Shown one piece after another: positions 10,139-20,538 of a DNA stretch of 64,000 nt. This DNA is from an uncultured Acidobacteriota bacterium (lineage in GTDB: Bacteria > Acidobacteriota > UBA6911 > RPQK01 > JAPXNP01): NCBI GenBank assembly GCA_963777605.1, contig CAVZRV010000027.1:288001-352000 (forward strand). The letters are read 5' to 3'. The stretch's first letter is position 1. Every line of letters begins with the position of its first letter. Under the pieces are notes generated by a model. The model was not told where the DNA came from, did not search any database, and saw nothing but the letters and a program-made list of their open reading frames with translations. Position numbers and translations under genes: made by a program.

Positions 10139-11314
10139 ATGATCGGTTCCGACCTCTCTGCCCGCCTCGGAATGACCCGATGTTTCCTTCCCGGTCTGCT
10201 CGCAGTCATGGTTTTTTCGCCTGGTCCGGGATTGCTCGCCCAGACCGCTGCCTCACTCTCCCGAATCGGGCTGTTCGACCTCTCGGACGAGACCTTTCGC
10301 CAGGTCGTCGTCGATCGGGAGAAGGGACAGTACCTGGGCCATCCCACCACCGTCCTCCTGGAAGACGGCCGCACAATCCTGACGGTCTACCCGAAAGGGC
10401 ACGGGCGCGGTCCGATTGTCCTGAAACGGAGCCGGGACGGTGGGATCACCTGGTCCGATCGTCTGGTCACGCCGCAGAACTGGGCGACTTCCCAGGAAAC
10501 ACCAACGATCTTTCGAACCTACCTTCCCCACGGCGGACGGCGGCTGATTCTCTTCTCCGGCCTCTATCCCATTCGAATGGCTTCCTCCGCCGACAATGGC
10601 CAGACCTGGAGTGAACTGGAACCGATCGGGGAGTTCGGAGGCATTGTGGCCATGTCCTCACTCGCACTCCTGAACGATGGCCGATATATGGCCCTGTTCC
10701 ACGATGACGGCCGTTTCCTTCACGACGCGGGGACGCGGGAGAGTTTTCGCGTCTACAAAACTCTTTCGCGCGACGGGGGCCTTACCTGGGGTCCTCCGGT
10801 CGAGATCCTAAGCAATCCAGACGCCGACCTCTGTGAGCCGGGACTGATTCGCTCGCCAGATGGAACCCGGATTGCCCTCCTGCTCCGGGAAAACAGCCGC
10901 AAGTTCCACTCGATGATCACCTTCTCAGACGACGAGGGGGAAACCTGGAGCGCCCCCCGGGAACTGCCGTGGACGCTCACTGGAGACCGGCACACCGCCC
11001 GATACGCCCCGGACGGTCGCCTCTTTGTTACCTTTCGCGACACTGCGAAGGAAAGTTCCACCCAGGGCGACTGGGTAGCCTGGGTGGGGACATGGGACGA
11101 CCTCGTCAACGGCGGCGATGGCCAGTACCGTATGCGACTGAAGGATAACAAGAAAGAGTGGGACTGCTGTTATCCGGGGTTGGAACTGCTTCCGGACGGA
11201 ACCTTTGTTACTACGACCTACGGACACTGGATTGAGGGAGAGCCCCCGTATATTCTGAGCGTCAGAATCCGCCTCGGAGAACTCGACGACCGAAGGAGCA
11301 AGGGAGCGAAGTAA
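10139..11314 (+). CDS. BNR/Asp-box sialidase-like glycoside hydrolase
   Basis: Four Asp-boxes (SRDGGITW, SADNGQTW, SRDGGLTW, SDDEGETW); signal peptide. Confidence 0.85.
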   Translation: MIGSDLSARLGMTRCFLPGLLAVMVFSPGPGLLAQTAASLSRIGLFDLSDETFRQVVVDREKGQYLGHPTTVLLEDGRTILTVYPKGHGRGPIVLKRSRDGGITWSDRLVTPQNWATSQETPTIFRTYLPHGGRRLILFSGLYPIRMASSADNGQTWSELEPIGEFGGIVAMSSLALLNDGRYMALFHDDGRFLHDAGTRESFRVYKTLSRDGGLTWGPPVEILSNPDADLCEPGLIRSPDGTRIALLLRENSRKFHSMITFSDDEGETWSAPRELPWTLTGDRHTARYAPDGRLFVTFRDTAKESSTQGDWVAWVGTWDDLVNGGDGQYRMRLKDNKKEWDCCYPGLELLPDGTFVTTTYGHWIEGEPPYILSVRIRLGELDDRRSKGAK

Positions 11315-12183
11315 TGAGCGAACCGGACTCGATCCGAGGAACAATCCAGTCAACGGTGGAGGAGGTACCTGCCCTCCCCATGGTAGTCCCCAGAATCCTG
11401 GCCATCCTTGAGGACGACGATGCCAGCGCGACCGAGATCTCGAACCTGATCTATCGCGATCCGGCTCTGACCGCTCGCATTCTCAGATTGGCCAACTCAG
11501 TCTATTACGGCCTTTCGGGACAGGTTTCAACGCTCCAGAAGGCCATCGTACTGATCGGGCTGCGGGCAGTGAAGTCGATTGCCCTGACGATCCCCCTGGT
11601 GACCGCCATTCCGACTCGCCGACTCCCCGGGACATTCAGCCAGTCCGCACTCTGGACCCACAGCCTGGCGGTCGCCGTGACGATGCAGCACCTCGCTCAC
11701 CATTGTCGATTACGTCGTCCGGAGGCCCACTTTCTGGTCGGCGTTATGCACGATATTGGGAAAGTCGTCCTCGGCGAGTACTACTCCCACTCCTTCCAAC
11801 ACGCTCTCACCGCAGTTAAGCAGGGGACCTACCCCTATCTCAAGGACGCCGAGAGAGATCTCTTCGGTATCGATCACGGTGAAGTAGCCTCTGCCTTGCT
11901 GAGTCACTGGAGATTTCCCTCCTTCATGGCCTCGACCATCGGCGTTCACCACGCCGACGAGCTCCCGGAAGACGCGAATCCCAAGGACGTGGCGCTCCTG
12001 CGGGTCGCCAACTGTCTTGCCCAGGAGCTCGAAATCGGTTCCGAGGGGAACGTGCAAGCACCATCGATTGAAGAAGCGGACCTTTCTGCGCTCGAGTTGA
12101 CCGAAGAAGACCTCGAAGAGGTCTCCCAGTTCCTCGAGGATCGACGCCAGGGCATTGCCGACTTCTACTCATCCATTGTGTAG
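11314..12183 (+). CDS. HDOD domain protein
   Basis: PALPMVV, DPALTARILRLANSVYY, LWTHS, MHDIGK, FGIDHGEV. Confidence 0.9.
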   Translation: MSEPDSIRGTIQSTVEEVPALPMVVPRILAILEDDDASATEISNLIYRDPALTARILRLANSVYYGLSGQVSTLQKAIVLIGLRAVKSIALTIPLVTAIPTRRLPGTFSQSALWTHSLAVAVTMQHLAHHCRLRRPEAHFLVGVMHDIGKVVLGEYYSHSFQHALTAVKQGTYPYLKDAERDLFGIDHGEVASALLSHWRFPSFMASTIGVHHADELPEDANPKDVALLRVANCLAQELEIGSEGNVQAPSIEEADLSALELTEEDLEEVSQFLEDRRQGIADFYSSIV

Positions 12184-12355
12184 GGGGAGGGACGGGCCCT
12201 GGCGTACCCGTCAGCGCACCCTCCGTGGCGCCGGCCCTAAACAAGTCCCGGTTTGGGCCGATCTTTATTGACGGATCCATGGCCAAAGACGCTCCCCGCA
12301 AATTGGTCGTCCAGTGGACGACGGTGCCTCAGGTGGGGACGAGACCGGAGACACG

Positions 12356-13876
12356 ATGACGACAACTGTTCTGGAACTGCTGGAGAGTAGAGTGTCCGGG
12401 AGGGGAGATCTCCCCGTATTCCGGGGCTCCGTTCTCGAAGTGATCCGCCTGGGGGAAGATACCCAGTGCGCTGCTACGGACATTGCGCGAGTGATCCTCC
12501 AGGACCAGGGTTTTGCAGTCAAAGTGCTCAGAATCGCGAACTCCCCTTATTTCAATCGCTCGGATCGCAGCATCAAGACGATCTCCCGGGCCGTCGTCCT
12601 GCTCGGAGTCGAGGTAATCAGGGATATTTGCCTCGGGTTGGGTTTCGTCGAAGTCTTTCAGCGTCACCACCCATGGATCGACCTGCGACAAATCCTTGCG
12701 CGCAGCTATTTCACGGCCGTCCTGACCCGGGCTTTCGCCGAGCGCATCCCCAACACCAGAAAGGAAGAGCTCTTCCTGGCCGGCCTGCTGCAGTACCTGG
12801 GCCCCCTGGCCGTAGCTTACTACCTGCCCGAAAAGTACCTCGAAGTACAGCGGGTTGAACAGGAATCGGGGATCTCCCGGCTTGAGGCCGAGCGCAGCGT
12901 GCTCGGGCAGCCGCTGTCCGCCTTCGGGGACTCGCTGGCCGAACGGTGGGCCCTTCCCAGCAGTCTGCCTCCGTTGCGGAGTGGGAACGGCAGCAAGGTC
13001 TCGGAAAAGAAAGGTGGCGGCGATCCCGTCAACATCCCCGCTCTTTCCCGGGAAATCTCGGAAAACCTCTTCGGCGATACCCAAAGGTACGAGAGGGCCC
13101 TTTCGGAGATCCTGAAAGACATCGAAGAGAGCTTTGAACTTGAAGAAGATGTCGCGGACAACGTCATCCAACAAGCCTTCACGACCAGCCGGCACTCGTC
13201 GGCTCTTTACGGTCTCGAAGCGGACACCTTGACCCCGAAATCCGATACTGAGAAGGAAAGCTCCGACCCGGCCAGGGTCCGCATTCTGGCAACCCTGGAA
13301 CTGGCCCGGAAAGAGGAAGAGGTCCCCTCCCAATCGGAAAAACTCGAGACCGAGAAAATGGATCGAGGCACTCACCAACTCGAACTGCTCCGCGAGATCT
13401 CGCTTCATATCCTCGAAAACCGTGACCTGACCACGCTGTTTAACCTGATTATGGAAGGGACTCAGGCGATCGCAGGCTTCGACCGGATCATCCTGGCACT
13501 CTGCAATCCCAATCGAACCGAGATCACCGGCCGTTACGGTTTCGGGAATCGGGCGGATACCTTCGCCCGGGACCTGAGGATTCCCTTCGATCCAGACAAC
13601 CTCTTCACTCGCTGCCTCCTCGAACGAAAGCCTCTGCTGGTGATGAATGCCGATGAAGAACCCTATCACTCATTGATACCAGGTGAATTGCGTCAGGTTC
13701 TTCAGACTCAATCGTTTGCGATCAGCCCGATGTTCTCTTCAGACCGGGTCGTCGGCCTGTTTTACGTGGATAATGCCCGCTCGAATCGACCGATCACTCT
13801 GGAGGACTACCAGGTGTTTGAGCACTTTGCCTTCCAGGCGAACCTGGGGCTAGACCGGCACCGAACCAAGTTGTAG
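12356..13876 (+). CDS. HDOD-GAF signalling protein with degenerate HD
   Basis: DQGFAVKVLRIANSPYF, TISRAVVLLG; LLQYLG replaces HDIG; C-terminal GAF (FDRIIL, SFAISPM, VVGLFYVDN). Confidence 0.8.
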   Translation: MTTTVLELLESRVSGRGDLPVFRGSVLEVIRLGEDTQCAATDIARVILQDQGFAVKVLRIANSPYFNRSDRSIKTISRAVVLLGVEVIRDICLGLGFVEVFQRHHPWIDLRQILARSYFTAVLTRAFAERIPNTRKEELFLAGLLQYLGPLAVAYYLPEKYLEVQRVEQESGISRLEAERSVLGQPLSAFGDSLAERWALPSSLPPLRSGNGSKVSEKKGGGDPVNIPALSREISENLFGDTQRYERALSEILKDIEESFELEEDVADNVIQQAFTTSRHSSALYGLEADTLTPKSDTEKESSDPARVRILATLELARKEEEVPSQSEKLETEKMDRGTHQLELLREISLHILENRDLTTLFNLIMEGTQAIAGFDRIILALCNPNRTEITGRYGFGNRADTFARDLRIPFDPDNLFTRCLLERKPLLVMNADEEPYHSLIPGELRQVLQTQSFAISPMFSSDRVVGLFYVDNARSNRPITLEDYQVFEHFAFQANLGLDRHRTKL

Positions 13877-14236
13877 CCAATTTTCCCTTGCCCGCTGAAA
13901 ATGCTCCTGCGCGCCGCGAGGCGACCACGAGAAGGCCGTCAAGTGTTGAGTAGTGCGCCCTTCGGTTGACACTCCGGCCCCTAAACCGATAGAATCTTTT
14001 GGCATTCCAATTGCAGGATTTATCGGTGTGTAGAGCACGGGTATTCCTGCAAACTCAAACGTAGTGAATCACTCCATGAATCAGCCGGCCCATACTTCCG
14101 CAAATCCGGAAGTTGTGTGAACTGCTCTTTTCGGGGTTGGAAAGAGGCAACGCCTGCGCAGCCTCCGAGGGATTCATTGAATGGCAGAAGCTGGTCGCCC
14201 CCATGGGCGCCTGGCTTCGCGAATTGGGCCGATTGA

Positions 14237-15721
14237 ATGAAACAGACTTCTGAGATCCCGGCAAAGCGGCCACGAGCCGCTCAGAAACGATTCGGGAACG
14301 GGACAAGCGGGCTTCCGGATCCCGAACTCCTTTCTGCGGAGCCACTTCGCATTTACCTGCGGGAGATGGGTAGCGTACCCCTGCTAACCCGGCAGGAAGA
14401 GGTGGACCTTGCCCGCCGGATTGAACGGAGCCAAGACGCGATCCTCAAAACACTTTCCCGATCGGGGTTGGTGGTTGAGGAACTTCTCAATCTTCCCGTC
14501 GACTCGATTCTGGAAAGGATTTCGCCGCCGGAGGCCGCGGATTCCGAGGACGGGTCGGAGCCGGCAGTAGCAGGCAATGCCGATGAGCCGGACGCCCACC
14601 AAATTCTCCAGGAGTTGGCCCGGTTGCACCAGGAAGCTTCCCGCCTCTGGATCGAGAGTCAAGAGTCCGGGACTTCGGCAAAGAAACGCAGGACACTGCT
14701 GGGACAACTCGCCCGCTGCCGGGTGCGGATGTCACAAAACGTCGTGGCCCTCGGTCCTGGAGACGTTCTCCGCGAGCGCATGACCGACTGGTTCAAGTGT
14801 GCAGTCAACCAGGTTGGCGACCTGGATCGAGCGGTCTCGAAAGCCCGTTCCCAACTGAGCGAAAAGAAGGGGCCTGGCGCCGCGAGGAACCCGCGGGCCC
14901 AACTGCGGGACGCAAACGAAGCACTCCGGGAAATCAGCCGGAAACTGCTCGCCCAGCCATCGGAGCTTAAGAAGAGCTGGATTCGAATCAGGCGCAACCA
15001 ACAGCAGGCCGACAATGCGCGGAGGAACCTGATCGAGGCCAACCTGCGACTCGTCGTCGCTATCGCGAAAAAGTACGCCACCCGTGGCCTCTCCTTCCAG
15101 GACCTGATCCAGGAGGGAAACATCGGCCTGATGAAGGCCGTTGAACGTTTTGAGTACCGGAGAGGTTTCAAGTTCTCCACATATGCCCATTGGTGGATTC
15201 GCCAGGCGATCACTCGAGCCATCGCCGACCAGGCCCGGACGATTCGCGTGCCGGTACACATGGTCAGCCGAATTGACGCGGTCTACAAGACCACCCGTGC
15301 GCTCTCGGCGGAACTTCAGAGGGAGCCGACTCCAGCTGAGATCGCGGCTCGGATGGATACTTCCGAAAAGGAGATCCGCAAGATTCTCAAAATCGCGCAG
15401 CAACCGATTTCGCTCGAAACCCCGATCGGCGCAGACAAAGACGGCATTCTCGGCGACTTCATTGAGGACGCGGGCCAGTGCTCCCCGGCAGATTCGGCGG
15501 TATCCAGTTGCTTGATCGATCAAAGCATTGCTGTCCTCAGCAGCCTGAGTCCAAGAGAGGAAGAGATCATTCGGATGCGCTTCGGGCTGGGAAGCCAAAA
15601 GGAGAGCACGCTCGAGGAAGTCGGCCGCCGTTTCTCGGTCACGAGAGAACGGATCCGGCAAATCGAGCGAAGTGCGCTGCGCAAGCTCAGGCACAAGGCT
15701 CCAAAGCAAAACGGGGCCTAA
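14237..15721 (+). CDS. RpoD-like sigma-70 factor (paralogue, no in-frame region 1.1)
   Basis: Region 1.2 [16 protein letters not shown]; region 2 [42 protein letters not shown]; region 4 [16 protein letters not shown]. Confidence 0.9.
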   Translation: MKQTSEIPAKRPRAAQKRFGNGTSGLPDPELLSAEPLRIYLREMGSVPLLTRQEEVDLARRIERSQDAILKTLSRSGLVVEELLNLPVDSILERISPPEAADSEDGSEPAVAGNADEPDAHQILQELARLHQEASRLWIESQESGTSAKKRRTLLGQLARCRVRMSQNVVALGPGDVLRERMTDWFKCAVNQVGDLDRAVSKARSQLSEKKGPGAARNPRAQLRDANEALREISRKLLAQPSELKKSWIRIRRNQQQADNARRNLIEANLRLVVAIAKKYATRGLSFQDLIQEGNIGLMKAVERFEYRRGFKFSTYAHWWIRQAITRAIADQARTIRVPVHMVSRIDAVYKTTRALSAELQREPTPAEIAARMDTSEKEIRKILKIAQQPISLETPIGADKDGILGDFIEDAGQCSPADSAVSSCLIDQSIAVLSSLSPREEEIIRMRFGLGSQKESTLEEVGRRFSVTRERIRQIERSALRKLRHKAPKQNGA

Positions 15722-15800
15722 GTCCCCGAGCATCTTCTCCCCCCACCTCTACTGACCGTCAAATCACCACGCGCCCGACAGGCCATTCGTCAAACGAATG

Positions 15801-15828
15801 TTGCGTGGTCCCCTCTCATCGCTACAAT
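15801..15828 (+). promoter_or_regulatory. Putative sigma-70 promoter for the 15870 operon
   Basis: TTGCGT-16 nt-TACAAT. Confidence 0.35.
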
Positions 15829-15869
15829 AGTTCGGGGCTTTCAAATCTGAATTTCGAGAGGGGTTAGAA

Positions 15870-17168
15870 ATGAGTGACTCAAGTGCATTCAGGATGGGTC
15901 GGAGGAGTTTTCTGGCGGCCGCGCCCGGCGTTGCGTATTCGGCGCCGGCATTTCTCAGGGGAAATCAGAGCCCGAACGATAAGCTGGTCATGGGAATGAT
16001 CGGGGTCGGCGGAATGGGAACCGGCCGCCTTCAGGGCTTTCTGAAACACTCTGACGTTGAAGTCGCCGCTGTATGCGATCTGGATCGGGACCATCTCGAT
16101 CGTGCACTTGGCATCGTTGAGAAAGCTCGGGGCCGCAGACCGGTTGGCTTTTCCGATTTTCGCCGCCTGCTCGACTTAAAGGAGATTGATGCCGTTACCG
16201 TTGTCACACCCGATCACTGGCATGCCATCCCCTTCGTTCAGGCATGCCGGGCCGGGAAGGACGTCTTTGTCGAGAAACCGCTTGCCTACAGCATCCAGGA
16301 AGGCCGCGCGATGGCGGATGCTGCCGCCAAGGAGAAGCGCGTCACTCAAATGGGCAACCACATTCACAACGATCTACCCAACTACCGGCGGGTCGTGGAG
16401 CAGGTGCGCAGTGGAAACCTGGGCAAAATCACCCGGGTCCATTGCTGGAAGACGTCAAACACCAAGAGCCTCGGGAATCCTCCCAACGGGGAGCCGCCAG
16501 CCTCGCTCGACTATGACTTCTGGCTGGGGCCTGCTCCGGAACGCCCCTACAACCCGCTGCGCAGCCACGGCACCTACCGCTACTTCTGGGATTACTCGGG
16601 TGGCGTATTCATTGATTTCTGGTGTCACATCGTCGACGTCGCGTACTGGGCGCTCGAATTGACCGCGCCCCGAAGTGTTGCCGTCAATGGTGGCAAATTC
16701 TACCTCGAAGATGCCACCGAGACTCCCGACAGCGTCGAGGCAATGCTGGAGTATCCCGAATTGACGCTGCTCTTCACCATGCACCCCAACCCACTTCCCG
16801 GGTTCGAGCACATGGGCGGGATCGGGTGTGTCTTCCAGGGAACCGACGCCACCCTGGTTACGAACTACGAGAAGCACGAGATTTACGTAGACGGGAAACT
16901 GGCTCAGGGTTTTCCGGAGCCCAGCCTCCACATCCCAGACTCTCCCGGTCATCTTCGGGAATTCATCGATGGGGTGAAGAATCGGGACACTCAAACAACC
17001 TGCAACGTCGGCTATGGATACCGGTTGACCAAGGCGGGCCTGTTGTCGAACATCGCCTACCGGACCGGGGACCGGATCTATTGGAACGACGAAACCGAGA
17101 CCATCGCCGGGAATGAAAGTGCCAATCGACTCCTCGGGCGAGCGTTCCGGAAACCCTGGACAATCTAG
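15870..17168 (+). CDS. Tat-exported Gfo/Idh/MocA oxidoreductase
   Basis: GRRSFL Tat motif; GVGGMG, TPDHWH, EKP, WLGPAP. Confidence 0.92.
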   Translation: MSDSSAFRMGRRSFLAAAPGVAYSAPAFLRGNQSPNDKLVMGMIGVGGMGTGRLQGFLKHSDVEVAAVCDLDRDHLDRALGIVEKARGRRPVGFSDFRRLLDLKEIDAVTVVTPDHWHAIPFVQACRAGKDVFVEKPLAYSIQEGRAMADAAAKEKRVTQMGNHIHNDLPNYRRVVEQVRSGNLGKITRVHCWKTSNTKSLGNPPNGEPPASLDYDFWLGPAPERPYNPLRSHGTYRYFWDYSGGVFIDFWCHIVDVAYWALELTAPRSVAVNGGKFYLEDATETPDSVEAMLEYPELTLLFTMHPNPLPGFEHMGGIGCVFQGTDATLVTNYEKHEIYVDGKLAQGFPEPSLHIPDSPGHLREFIDGVKNRDTQTTCNVGYGYRLTKAGLLSNIAYRTGDRIYWNDETETIAGNESANRLLGRAFRKPWTI

Positions 17169-17171
17169 GAC

Positions 17172-17206
17172 CATTTTTGATCGACGATTTTTGATTTTAG
17201 ATTTTC
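17172..17206. repeat. Degenerate heptamer tandem repeat (GATTTTN)n
   Basis: ATTTTTG ATCGACG ATTTTTG ATTTTAG ATTTTCG. Confidence 0.5.
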
Positions 17207-17242
17207 GAGAGCAGCGGGAGGTTCGGGCGAAGGAGTTGGCAT

Positions 17243-19801
17243 ATGAAGGTCCCTGACGTGAAACCAGCACAGTCTCCTCAGAAGGAGAACACGACCGGGG
17301 CCACACTCTTCCGGTCCAACCGGCGGGAGTTTCTAGGTTCTGTGGGTGCCGCGGCAGTTGTTGGAAGCGGCTCTCGCGGGTTAGCCCAGCCGGCAGCTCC
17401 GGGAATTCGGGATGGGCTGGTCGGGCCGGTTCACCGATTTCAATCTGCCCGGCCCGTGTGGGTCGAGGGGCGAACGTCCGAGATGAACCTGCAGGTCGGC
17501 TTTCGCACCTTCGTCAACTTCCAGCCTCAACTGAGTCCCGACCTGTCAGGGCCCGTTTTGGTCAGGATTGCGGCTTCATCTCTCTACCGACTCTCCGTAA
17601 ACGGCTTCTTCGTCGGGCATGGGCCAGCCCGGGCGGCCCATGGCTTCTTTCGCATTGACGAGTGGGAAATTCCGGAGGGACGGCTCAAGCGATACGACAA
17701 CCTGGTCGCTGTAGAGGTTGCCGGATACAATGTCAACAGCTACTACCTGTTGAACCAGCCGGCGTTCCTCCAGGCGGAGGTTGTATGGGGAGACCAAACC
17801 CTTGCCGCAACTGGTCCTGCCCGAAATGAATTCGAAGCCTTCCCCCTGGAATGGCGGGTCCAGAAAACCCAGCGTTACAGCTTTCAGCGAACCTTCTCGG
17901 AGGTATACCGTCTCCGCCCCGAGTTCGATCTCTGGAAGAAGGAACGCAAACCGCTCCATGAAAGAAAGTCGCCCGTAACCGAGGCCAAAGCAGGTGAGTG
18001 TCTTCCCCGGCGGGTTCCCTCTCCGGGGTTCCATTCCCGACAGCCAGTTCTTCGATTGAGCCGTGGCCGGTTTCGGGCCAACGTCGCGGTCGAGAAGCCA
18101 TGGAAGGACCGCGCGTTGACCGGAATCGGCAAGGACTACCTCGGCTACCCTGAAGATCAGCTGGAGATCATCCAATCGCTCGATCTGCAGAAAACGGTAA
18201 CGGACTCCATTACCGGAATCAATGAGGCCTACGCCTGGGAGCAGGAGTCCCGTCTGGGAACGGGCGAGTTCGAAATCTACGACTTCGGCGTGAACAATAC
18301 AGGCTTTTTCGGCTGCCGGGTCGAATGCAGCCGGTCGTCACGGCTGTACCTGACGTTCGACGAGATCCTCAGCGACGGAGACGTGGATTTCAGGAGACTG
18401 TCCTGCGTGAATGCCGTCGTCTGGGAACTGGAGCCGGGAGAGTACGAACTGGAATCGTTCGAGCCGTACACCCTTCAATATCTCAAAGTAATGTGCTTCG
18501 CGGGCGACTGCCGCATCGACCGGGTCTACCTGCGGGAATTGGTCAATTCCGATGTTCACGAAGCACACTTTTCCTGCAGTGACGATCGGTTGAACCGGCT
18601 GTTTGCGGCGGCCCGGGAAACCTTTCGGCAGAACGCGGTGGACATCTTTATGGACTGCCCCTCGCGGGAACGCGCCGGCTGGCTCTGCGACAGTTTCTTT
18701 ACCTCGCGTGTTGCTTCGGTGTTGTCCGGTAATCTTTCGGTCGAAAAGAACTTCCTGGAAAATTACCTTCTACCCGATTCGTTCGCAAACATGCCCGCAG
18801 GCATGGTCCCGATGTGCTATCCGGCCGACCACTACAACGGCGAATTCATCCCCAACTGGTCGCTCTGGTTCGTCCTGCAGCTTCGGGAGTATCTTCAACG
18901 GAGCGCCGACGATAGTTCTACTTCCCGGATTCGGTCGCGACTCACAGCGCTGTTCGACTATTTCCGGAAATTCGAAAACGATGACGGGCTACTCGAGAAG
19001 CTGGAAAGCTGGGTCTTCATTGAATGGTCGGCTGCCAACGACTTCGTGCAGGACGTCAACTACCCCAGTAACATGCTCTACGCCGCTGCCCTGGAAGCAG
19101 CCGGGCAGATGCTGCCCGACGAGTCGATGCTCAGGCGGGCCGAAGAAGTCCGAAAGGCGATTCGAAAGCAGTCATTTGACGGAGAGTTCTTCGTCGATAA
19201 CGCTGTTCGCGGACCCGGTGGCCTGAGGCCGACCCGGAACCGAACCGAGGTCTGTCAGTATTTTGCCTTCTATTTCGGTGTCGCCGATTCTTCGACGTAC
19301 CCCGAACTCTGGAACCGGCTGGCAACCGAATTTGGCCCGGACCGTGTTTCAAAGGGTCACTATCCCGAAATTCACCCGGCCAACTCGTTCGTGGGCAACG
19401 TTCTGCGCCTCGAACTGCTTTCTCGCTATGGTCTCGGTCGCCAGATGCTCGACGAATCGGTCTCCTACCTGCTCTACATGGCGGATCGAACAGGGACGCT
19501 CTGGGAGAACACCGACACGCGGGCAAGCTGCGATCACGGCTTTGCGTCTCACGTCTCCTTTACCTACTTTCGCGACGTGCTGGGATGCTACCGCATCGAT
19601 CACTCCAGCAAGCAAGTCCTGCTCCGACCTCTGGATCTCGACCTGGCGTGGGCTGAAGGACGAATACCGGGACCGGGTGAACCGATCGAAGTCCGGTGGC
19701 AGCGCGACGGCCACAGGTTGGACCTCCAGGCCGTTGTACCCGCGGGCTACCGGGTCGAAGTCGAGAACCCGGCCGGACTCGAGATCCGGTTGAATTCGTA
19801 G
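17243..19801 (+). CDS. Tat-exported alpha-L-rhamnosidase-like glycoside hydrolase (GH78)
   Basis: NRREFL Tat motif; DCPSRERAGWLCD, FIEW, TGTLWE...SCDHG motifs. Confidence 0.85.
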   Translation: MKVPDVKPAQSPQKENTTGATLFRSNRREFLGSVGAAAVVGSGSRGLAQPAAPGIRDGLVGPVHRFQSARPVWVEGRTSEMNLQVGFRTFVNFQPQLSPDLSGPVLVRIAASSLYRLSVNGFFVGHGPARAAHGFFRIDEWEIPEGRLKRYDNLVAVEVAGYNVNSYYLLNQPAFLQAEVVWGDQTLAATGPARNEFEAFPLEWRVQKTQRYSFQRTFSEVYRLRPEFDLWKKERKPLHERKSPVTEAKAGECLPRRVPSPGFHSRQPVLRLSRGRFRANVAVEKPWKDRALTGIGKDYLGYPEDQLEIIQSLDLQKTVTDSITGINEAYAWEQESRLGTGEFEIYDFGVNNTGFFGCRVECSRSSRLYLTFDEILSDGDVDFRRLSCVNAVVWELEPGEYELESFEPYTLQYLKVMCFAGDCRIDRVYLRELVNSDVHEAHFSCSDDRLNRLFAAARETFRQNAVDIFMDCPSRERAGWLCDSFFTSRVASVLSGNLSVEKNFLENYLLPDSFANMPAGMVPMCYPADHYNGEFIPNWSLWFVLQLREYLQRSADDSSTSRIRSRLTALFDYFRKFENDDGLLEKLESWVFIEWSAANDFVQDVNYPSNMLYAAALEAAGQMLPDESMLRRAEEVRKAIRKQSFDGEFFVDNAVRGPGGLRPTRNRTEVCQYFAFYFGVADSSTYPELWNRLATEFGPDRVSKGHYPEIHPANSFVGNVLRLELLSRYGLGRQMLDESVSYLLYMADRTGTLWENTDTRASCDHGFASHVSFTYFRDVLGCYRIDHSSKQVLLRPLDLDLAWAEGRIPGPGEPIEVRWQRDGHRLDLQAVVPAGYRVEVENPAGLEIRLNS

Positions 19802-19806
19802 CTCTC

Positions 19807-20271
19807 TCAGGGAAGGTTGCCAGTGACCCGCGCAATGAAGCGGATGCATTTGTGGGGGAAGTCGACCGGCTCGCAGAACATCATCGGGCAGCCGCCTTCG
19901 ATGACCTTGATCCCTTTCTCGCGGGCTTCCCGGGCAGCCACCGTTGAAACGCTTCCGGTACCCATCGAACGGTGCATCCAAATCATCCTGACACCCCGGG
20001 CATGACACTCGGCTACAATGGCCGAGCAGAGGTTCGGATTCGTTGTCACCATCACTCCCTCGGGTGCCTCGGGCAGGTCGGACAGGCTGGAGTAACATCG
20101 ATCGCCGGCGATATTCTCGGCAGACGGGTTGACCGCGTATACCTTGCGCCCGGCAGCCTTGAGTTTCTCATAGATGGCACGCCCCGGTTTGGTTTTGTTG
20201 CGGGATGCCCCGACCACCGCGATTGGATCCAGGCCCAGAAACTCTTCAATCAGCCCGTTGCGATATGCCAC
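19807..20271 (-). CDS. CoA-binding protein (YccU-like)
   Basis: IAVVGASRN, VYAVNP, IWMH, GGCPMM. Confidence 0.85.
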   Translation of the reverse strand: MAYRNGLIEEFLGLDPIAVVGASRNKTKPGRAIYEKLKAAGRKVYAVNPSAENIAGDRCYSSLSDLPEAPEGVMVTTNPNLCSAIVAECHARGVRMIWMHRSMGTGSVSTVAAREAREKGIKVIEGGCPMMFCEPVDFPHKCIRFIARVTGNLP

Positions 20272-20538
20272 TTTTCCCTCCTGGCGTCTGACGGTTATGT
20301 TACCCGGGACCGAGAAATTCCTCCAGCGTGAACGGGGGCCTAGGCTGTCAGGCTGGAAGGTCCACTCCGGGCTGGCAGTCTGGCGTGGCAGGCCAAGGCC
20401 AGGCAGAGAATTGCCGGGGGACGGTCGCGCCAGGCGGGATGCCTGGCGGACACGCCGGCAGGGAAGGCTGCCTGGCGCGACCGTTTTGCTGTTTCGGGTT
20501 TCGGGACCCAGAGACCCGAAACCCGAATCGCGTTCCCG

